From the IMG/VR virus record IMGVR_UViG_3300036805_000102, positions 1-39,664 of that record: a DNA stretch of 39,664 bases, one strand, 5' to 3'. The translations under genes were made by a program, and so were the position numbers. Of the stretch, positions 34,559-39,664 are shown piece after piece; within the stretch, counting starts at the first letter, position 1; the number at the start of each line of letters is the position of its first letter. The notes beneath the pieces are model-generated. The model searched no databases, had not been told where the DNA came from, and was given only the letters and a program-made list of their open reading frames with translations. Source of the stretch: a virus (taxonomy: Duplodnaviria > Caudoviricetes).

Positions 34559-35512
34559 ATGACCTCCCCTGATCTCCTGACCAACTACGAAACCTGCGAC
34601 CTGAAGGGCTACTGGTCGCGTGACTGGAGGAGGCCTCGCCTCACCTCGAATGAGTTCCTGATCCGCGCTATGACGGCCGGACTGACGGAGCGGGAGCGCG
34701 AGGACTTCGGCAACGTGGCTGGCGAGACCGTCATGGACCTCGCCGTCAATCCGGGGCTGGAGACTCCGGCAAGCAAGAATTTGCATGAATCGGTGATCCA
34801 CCATGCCGCCCTCGCCGATACCCTCACCACGGCCGTCAGGGCGAAGGGGTCCCCACCTTGGTCCCCACCTACCCCTTCGAAGCTGGGAGGGCACCTATGG
34901 CACTCCGGTGCGTTCCTCGACCCGTCAGGAGATCATCTCCGGAGGATTGCCCTCGTCAGCTCCTGGAGCGATGAGCGCCACTATTCGGAGCTGAGGAGCT
35001 GGTATTCCCTCGGCGAGGTGGCGGCCTACCGGGTCCCCATGAAGGTGGTTGTCCTGAACGTCGGCCAGCATCGCGATGGCCGGAGGCATGGACCCTTCAC
35101 CAAGGGGTTTCTCCATCCCCAGAATTTCAAGCTCCGGTTCCGGAAAAAGCAGAAGGTCACGCATGAGACCTTTTCGGATCGGTGGGAGAAGGTCTGGCGG
35201 GAGGACCGGGGAGAGATCAGCACGGAGGAATGGCTGGAGGCGATGCTGGGGGATGACATCCTCCGGGACGTTTGTTTCGTGATCGACCTACCCACCCCCT
35301 CCCCACCCCACCACCTCCGGATAGGCGACATGGCAGCTCGGAAGCTGGACCGGCTGATGACCATGACCAAGAGGCCGGAGGCAAGCATGTCGGTCTGTGA
35401 CCGTCCGGCCTGCTCGTTCAAGGGGTGCTGCTGGTCTGAGCAGCAATACGAGCCGGGGACCAAGACGGGGTTCGTCCCGGTGGGGAGCCTGAAGCAAAAA
35501 GGTGGGGACTAG
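34559..35512 (+). CDS. Cas4/RecB-like (PD-(D/E)xK-fold) protein, probably degenerate
   Basis: N-terminal SPDLLTNYETC and C-terminal CDRPACSFKGCC give the 1+3 Cys arrangement. Confidence 0.5.
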   Translation: MTSPDLLTNYETCDLKGYWSRDWRRPRLTSNEFLIRAMTAGLTEREREDFGNVAGETVMDLAVNPGLETPASKNLHESVIHHAALADTLTTAVRAKGSPPWSPPTPSKLGGHLWHSGAFLDPSGDHLRRIALVSSWSDERHYSELRSWYSLGEVAAYRVPMKVVVLNVGQHRDGRRHGPFTKGFLHPQNFKLRFRKKQKVTHETFSDRWEKVWREDRGEISTEEWLEAMLGDDILRDVCFVIDLPTPSPPHHLRIGDMAARKLDRLMTMTKRPEASMSVCDRPACSFKGCCWSEQQYEPGTKTGFVPVGSLKQKGGD

Positions 35513-35570
35513 GTGGGGGAAAGTTTTCAGGTCCCCACCAAAGTCCCCACCTCTCAGCTTTCCCCCACCT
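35501..35570. repeat. integrase arm-type site cluster (GTCCCCACC)
   Basis: Inverted copies at 35501 and 35512 (variant); direct copies at 35531, 35543 and about 35561 (variant). Confidence 0.75.
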
Positions 35571-35582
35571 CTTGTTTTTTCG

Positions 35583-35595
35583 TAAGTTGTTGATT
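35583..35595 (-). promoter_or_regulatory. IHF-binding site in attP
   Basis: Reverse complement AATCAACAACTTA matches WATCAANNNNTTR. Confidence 0.7.
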
Positions 35596-35599
35596 TTTA

Positions 35600-35646
35600 T
35601 GGTGCGCCCGGAGTGATTCGAACACCCGACCTACTGGTTCGTAGCC
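35600..35646 (-). mobile_element. attP: attP core = 3' half of tRNA-Arg(ACG)
   Basis: Minus strand GGCTACGAACCAGTAGGTCGGGTGTTCGAATCACTCCGGGCGCACCA: anticodon loop CTACGAA, T-arm, acceptor 3' strand, CCA; no 5' half; 90 bp from integrase stop. Confidence 0.9.
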
Positions 35647-35736
35647 GGAGGGTTGCGGATTTCCTTGACTTTCCCCAGTTTGCCCGGAAGTGCTAAATCC
35701 CCAGTGTTTACGCGGGGTTTAGCGATGTTTCGAGCC

Positions 35737-36996
35737 TCATGCATATCCCGCGTCAACCCGTGTTTTAGCTTTGGGGTCCCCACCAAAGTCCCCACCCCTA
35801 ATCGCCTTCGGTTTCATGCGACGGCTGCGCGAGTGATCGCTTGCGGTCTCGACCGCTTCGCGCAGGATGTCCATCTCGTAGTGGCCGTAGCGTGCCGCCA
35901 TAAGGATCATCTGCGAAGGGCTCCAGCCTACGAGCTGGGCAATGATCGGGATGGGAGTCTTGGTCTGGATCAGGTGAGTGATCGCAGTGTGACGGAGATC
36001 GTGCAGGCGGCATTTCAGAGGTGGGTACTTGGTCCCCACCTCGACCATCTCCTCCTCGCTGGGCGAACCTGCGAGAATCCATCCCGCGCGGTCCAAGGCG
36101 GTCGCCCATGATCGCTTGACGCTGCCAACATGTTTCGTGGGATCGATGCTCACCAGCTCCATCTCCGCCTGTCCCTTCTTCAGCCGGTACATCTCCTGAG
36201 AGAAGACGAAGTGATCGGGCTTCCGCTTCGGGAAGTTGTCCGCCCACATCTCCAGAACCGCCATCGCTCTCCGGGTGACAGGAACGGTTCGGCGTCCGGC
36301 CTTGGTCTTGTCCTTGCCGATGCGGAGGCCTCCGCCAACGAAGTCCACCGTCTCCCACTTGAGTCGGCAGATCGCTCCCACGCGAACGCCGGTCTCCACC
36401 AGAACGATCATCAGGGGGTAGAGCATCCGGGAGAGTGACTGGCTGCACGCCTTCTCCAAAGCCGCCTGCTGCTCTCCGTTCAGCGCGATGCCGATATCGT
36501 TGTGGACCTCCAGCATGTCCACTTCGGGAAGCAGCCGGGTCCAGTGGCCGGAGGGGGTGAGGATGGAGCGGAAGGTGCCAAGCTCCAGATTGACGGTCTT
36601 CGGTGCAGCTCCTTCCTTGAGGCGCTTGTGCTGGTAGCCGGAGACATCGGAAGGCGAGATGTCGCAGAGGAGGGTCTTGCCGAAGTGTGGCCTGAGATGA
36701 GCGATGTTGCCTTGGTCGATCAGAACGGTTGCTCCCTTGCCGTCCTTCTGCTCTTTGCCTCCCGGTACAGACTTCCAGCGCTTGTCCAGAAAGTCATCGG
36801 CGGCGTTGGCGAAGAAAGGCATCTTCTTCGTCTTCTGGACTCCGGTCTTGCCCTCTTCGAGTCCAGACTTACGGTTGCGCTCGACCCTGAGGGCGAGGTT
36901 TTTGGTGGAGGCTCCAGTTGATTCGCGGATTCTCTGGCCTTGAAACCAGAAATCCATGATGAAGGTTTGCTTTCCCTTTTGACGATAGACAGACAT
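35737..36996 (-). CDS. int: tyrosine integrase
   Basis: TGVR, KTKAG, HDLRH, LVGW, ARYGH catalytic set; AAGGA RBS before ATG 36996. Confidence 0.95.
   Translation of the reverse strand: MSVYRQKGKQTFIMDFWFQGQRIRESTGASTKNLALRVERNRKSGLEEGKTGVQKTKKMPFFANAADDFLDKRWKSVPGGKEQKDGKGATVLIDQGNIAHLRPHFGKTLLCDISPSDVSGYQHKRLKEGAAPKTVNLELGTFRSILTPSGHWTRLLPEVDMLEVHNDIGIALNGEQQAALEKACSQSLSRMLYPLMIVLVETGVRVGAICRLKWETVDFVGGGLRIGKDKTKAGRRTVPVTRRAMAVLEMWADNFPKRKPDHFVFSQEMYRLKKGQAEMELVSIDPTKHVGSVKRSWATALDRAGWILAGSPSEEEMVEVGTKYPPLKCRLHDLRHTAITHLIQTKTPIPIIAQLVGWSPSQMILMAARYGHYEMDILREAVETASDHSRSRRMKPKAIRGGDFGGDPKAKTRVDAGYA
35775..35796 (+). repeat. arm-type site pair inside int 3' end
   Basis: GGTCCCCACCAAAGTCCCCACC, identical over 22 bp to 35530-35551. 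Confidence 0.8.
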
Positions 36997-37062
36997 TTGG
37001 CGAGGTATTCCTTTCAGGTGCCGATAGGGTAGACCCACTGGCTTAGAGGCAATATAGCATGA

Positions 37063-37101
37063 TTGACAGCAAGCTAGAGCAAATGTAGGCTACACCCTAC
37101 A
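37063..37101 (+). promoter_or_regulatory. promoter TTGACA-17-TAGGCT with operator copy 9 (37084-37101)
   Basis: TGTAGGCTACACCCTACA covers the -10 and start region of the xis-like gene. Confidence 0.8.
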
Positions 37102-37117
37102 TGGGGAGGTATCTGTC

Positions 37118-37420
37118 TTGATTACACAGCCGGGGAAGAAGTCTTCGACGCGAAAAGCTCACTTGGTAAGTGATCCACTGTTGAATGTGGAGGAAGCGGC
37201 GGAGGAGCTGGGGATGTCGCCAAAGACGATTCGCAACTGGATTGCGCTGGCGCAGATTGAATACGTGAAGGTGGGCGAGTCGAAGTATGCGCCTGTCAGG
37301 ATTCGAAAGTCGGTAGTGGACGCAAAGAAGCGGAAGGGAACGAAGGCTGTCTTCGACCTGGAGAAGAAGGGGCCGGGAAGCGTGGGAGCGGAGGCGAACG
37401 ATGCACGAGAATTTGCCTGA
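37118..37420 (+). CDS. excisionase-like HTH DNA-binding protein
   Basis: LLNVEEAAEELGMSPKTIRNWI...VRIRKSVV; divergent from int; GGAGG RBS. Confidence 0.8.
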   Translation: MITQPGKKSSTRKAHLVSDPLLNVEEAAEELGMSPKTIRNWIALAQIEYVKVGESKYAPVRIRKSVVDAKKRKGTKAVFDLEKKGPGSVGAEANDAREFA

Positions 37421-37571
37421 TAGTCAGAAGCGGCGGAAGGCTGCAGATCGCACGGAGCCGGACTGGAAGACTCCCTGCTGCGTCTGTGGGGCGAAGCCTA
37501 CAGTGCCCTGCACGGGCATGTGTGGACCTTGCACCTTCGGCGAAGCCGAGACGGCTGGAGGCAACTGGTGA
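37401..37571 (+). CDS. 56-aa Cys-rich protein (not in ORF track)
   Basis: GGAGG RBS; MHENLPDSQKRRKAADRTEPDWKTPCCVCGAKPTVPCTGMCGPCTFGEAETAGGNW; GTGA coupling downstream. Confidence 0.65.
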   Translation: MHENLPDSQKRRKAADRTEPDWKTPCCVCGAKPTVPCTGMCGPCTFGEAETAGGNW

Positions 37572-37768
37572 ATAACGAGCATGCGCGCCAGATTTATCTT
37601 GCGGCGCAATGTTATCGCAATTGGTCGATTCAGGACCAACCGGGAGTCACGCGAGCTTTTGAGGAGATGGTTGAAACGATTTGGAATGCCGCTATCGATG
37701 AAGCTATCGATATGCAGAAGCACTCCTGTAACGGCATTCTCGCTTCATTGAAGGTAGGGGTGAGGTGA
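37568..37768 (+). CDS. hypothetical protein
   Basis: GGAGG RBS, GTGA overlap. Confidence 0.55.
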   Translation: MNNEHARQIYLAAQCYRNWSIQDQPGVTRAFEEMVETIWNAAIDEAIDMQKHSCNGILASLKVGVR

Positions 37769-37869
37769 TACCACGCGAACCCGGCAACCTGCATCCATTA
37801 TCGTAAGACCTTCAGAACGAGATGGGTCTGTAGCGACTGCGGCACATTGTTGGACTAGGTGAATCGAGC

Positions 37870-37906
37870 TAGAAAAAGCCTCCGTTTTGCGCGGAGGCTT
37901 TTTCTA
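37870..37906. terminator. bidirectional intrinsic terminator
   Basis: TAGAAAAAGCCTCCG-TTTTGCG-CGGAGGCTTTTTCTA between convergent units. Confidence 0.9.
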
Positions 37907-37907
37907 T

Positions 37908-38027
37908 TTACGGCCATATATCTTTTGGTAGATCGTGGTCTTTCCAATACTCAAGGTCTTCATCTCGTGGCGTGGTGATAGACCGCATCAGGGCTTTGAA
38001 CCGTTCCCAAAGCTTTTTAGTGGACAT
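37908..38027 (-). CDS. 39-aa putative leaderless small protein (not in ORF track)
   Basis: MSTKKLWERFKALMRSITTPRDEDLEYWKDHDLPKDIWP; TATACT 6 nt before ATG; stop abuts terminator. Confidence 0.5.
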   Translation of the reverse strand: MSTKKLWERFKALMRSITTPRDEDLEYWKDHDLPKDIWP

Positions 38028-38055
38028 GCCGACAGTATATAGAAGGCCGGAATTT

Positions 38056-38700
38056 TCAAAGCTCTCCAGAGAGCAGGTTCAGTATGGCTCCCGTGTTGCC
38101 GTGGATGTCGAGCGGGAGGAACCTTCCCATGCGGTCCAGAATGTCAGCCTTGCGCTCTTCTGTGCGAGCGTTGAGATAGTAGGGTTCGAAGCGTGCGGCG
38201 ATCTGGATACCGCGCGCCATCGCTTCCGTCTCGGCCATCATCCATTCCGGGGTGTTGGCGATCTCCAGAATCTCGGGTGACCACGCGTGATTGGTATCGA
38301 AGCCGTAAGTGACAGAGCCGTCCCACCAGTCCTGAAAGTAGGTGATGCCGCCATGCACGGGGACGTAGGTGGCGATGCCGCGATAGCCGGGAGCCGTCAG
38401 CGGCAGTTTGGGGAACCGCGCGTATCCGCAGAAGCGGCCAGCTTCGCGATAGACGCTCAGTTCGTCGTACAGCTTCGGATTTTCGCGCTGGACCCGAAGC
38501 CCTTCTTTGTAGATCGGGCTTTCGCAGAGGAAGAATCGCAGGTCATCTTTCTTCCAGCACAGCCATGCATTGTCTGCGATGAAATCGGCTTTGCTTTCGA
38601 AGAGGCGCACGCGATGCTCAACCTCGCGGACCTTCATCCTCTCGGTGAGCGCCTCCATGATTTCGAAGAGTTCCTGTGGTATCTCGGGAAGGTCACTCAT
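38056..38700 (-). CDS. phage hypothetical protein (CGY...HGGITY...GFD motif)
   Basis: ATGA coupling at 38697-38700, GGAGG RBS. Confidence 0.7.
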   Translation of the reverse strand: MSDLPEIPQELFEIMEALTERMKVREVEHRVRLFESKADFIADNAWLCWKKDDLRFFLCESPIYKEGLRVQRENPKLYDELSVYREAGRFCGYARFPKLPLTAPGYRGIATYVPVHGGITYFQDWWDGSVTYGFDTNHAWSPEILEIANTPEWMMAETEAMARGIQIAARFEPYYLNARTEERKADILDRMGRFLPLDIHGNTGAILNLLSGEL

Positions 38701-39269
38701 GGAAGGATGCCCTCCTTCCCGATCTCCGACAGCCACTCCCGGACGCTGGGCGGCAGCGCGGGTTCTCTTGTGTAGAGCCGTTCGATGCGGTCGCTGTGGG
38801 GCCATACGATGCTGTAGTCCTCGCCGGTCCATCGCCTCTGAAAGAGGGGATAACCGCGATGCTCATCGTTCAGTACGCAGGCATCGCCGTTCCACGAAGC
38901 ATCGTCGGCTCGCTCCAGAGAGAATTCAACGCCGAAGTAGCAGAGGCCGGTGTTGGCCCATGTGGTATCGATGAGGGTGCCGCTCTCGTCGGTATTCCAA
39001 CCATGCAGGAAGGCTTCGCCGGAGGGAGCGACGGCGAAGCCTTCGACATACTTCAGGCGGTCGATCCCGGCGTGAGCGATGGCATTGCCGAAGCACATCT
39101 TCTGCACGCCGATGGGCCAGCGCGAATCCCACTTGCCGGTGTACTCCCGACCGTGCTCCAGAACGAATCCGAATGGCGATCTGTAGCAGAGGCCGGGAAG
39201 GAGAGGGTATTGAGCGTCGGCCCCGCGCATCTGTTGCTTCAGTTCCTGCAGGATGTCGTCTACGTCCAC
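38697..39269 (-). CDS. hypothetical protein with transglutaminase/papain-like Cys-His-Asp motifs
   Basis: MCFGNA...YVEGFA...HGWN...IDTTW. Confidence 0.6.
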   Translation of the reverse strand: MDVDDILQELKQQMRGADAQYPLLPGLCYRSPFGFVLEHGREYTGKWDSRWPIGVQKMCFGNAIAHAGIDRLKYVEGFAVAPSGEAFLHGWNTDESGTLIDTTWANTGLCYFGVEFSLERADDASWNGDACVLNDEHRGYPLFQRRWTGEDYSIVWPHSDRIERLYTREPALPPSVREWLSEIGKEGILP

Positions 39270-39607
39270 TGTCCCTCCATGCCGGGGATGGAGTCGATGT
39301 CGGGAGCGGCTTCGATCACGGGTTCGTTGGTGGTGAGTACGACTCCCATGCCATCCTGGACTTCATTGATGCCAGCGGCCTCTTCTGTGGGCGCTGCTGG
39401 ACGAACAGGAGTGGAGCCGATCATGACCGGAAGGGGCGAAGCCTGCGCGGGGTTGAGCTGACGATTCAGAGCGGAGATCGTCAGTTCCAAGTTCGGGATT
39501 TCGATCATCAGCTTGCGCGCTGTGGCCTGTGCTTCTTCCAGCTCTCTGCGGCGAGCGGCCAGAAGGGACTCTGCGCTCTTCAGGGCAGCATGAAAGGGTT
39601 CGTTCAC
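39260..39607 (-). CDS. hypothetical coiled-coil protein
   Basis: 115-aa ORF overlapping the next gene start; own start uncertain. Confidence 0.55.
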   Translation of the reverse strand: MNEPFHAALKSAESLLAARRRELEEAQATARKLMIEIPNLELTISALNRQLNPAQASPLPVMIGSTPVRPAAPTEEAAGINEVQDGMGVVLTTNEPVIEAAPDIDSIPGMEGQWT

Positions 39608-39664
39608 CTGATCTTTTCGTCTGCGTGCTGACGCGGCGATGGGGGAGTTGTTTTGTGAGCCTTT

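Noticed and set aside
35501-35570. CRISPR mini-array beside a Cas4-like gene
   Set aside because: Repeats are 9 bp with 3-nt gaps and mixed orientation, with no spacer-sized unique segments; they fit integrase arm sites
35600-35680. Complete tRNA-Arg gene
   Set aside because: D-arm and 5' acceptor strand are missing; pairing stops within the anticodon stem, so it is an att core
1-39664. Alternative genetic code or stop-codon reassignment
   Set aside because: All core genes are intact under code 11 and end in TAA, TAG or TGA; only one isolated possible read-through case
1-39664. Naming the host taxon
   Set aside because: Lipoprotein, IHF site and high GC suggest a diderm GC-rich host (Acidobacteriota is my unverified guess), but this cannot be established without a database search

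Overview
The whole 39.7-kb window reads as part of one GC-rich temperate tailed-phage genome with podovirus-like architecture (no tape measure, tail tube or sheath; three large predicted ejection proteins). Order on the + strand: small early-type ORFs, lysis cassette (holin-like, lipoprotein, GH24 lysozyme), a run of small Cys-rich hypotheticals, an XRE HTH regulator, candidate TerS, TerL, portal, scaffold, major capsid, two decoration-like proteins, adaptor/tail proteins, tailspike, nozzle-like protein, tail fibre, ejection proteins and a degenerate Cas4/RecB-like protein. These are followed by attP (3' half of tRNA-Arg(ACG), an IHF site and GTCCCCACC arm-type repeats), a minus-strand tyrosine integrase, a divergent excisionase-like HTH, a bidirectional terminator and convergent minus-strand ORFs. 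Phage genes flank the att core on both sides, so this looks like the excised or virion form. No replication genes, CRISPR array or reverse transcriptase are recognisable. The most notable unannotated signals are (1) an 18-bp palindrome TGTAGG-N6-CCTACA found 10 times, 9 of them at module starts or promoters, (2) a candidate three-hairpin small RNA before terL, (3) a tailspike-like protein with a Sec signal peptide, and (4) arm-type repeats extending into the neighbouring genes. All product calls come from motif reading and synteny, not database searches.
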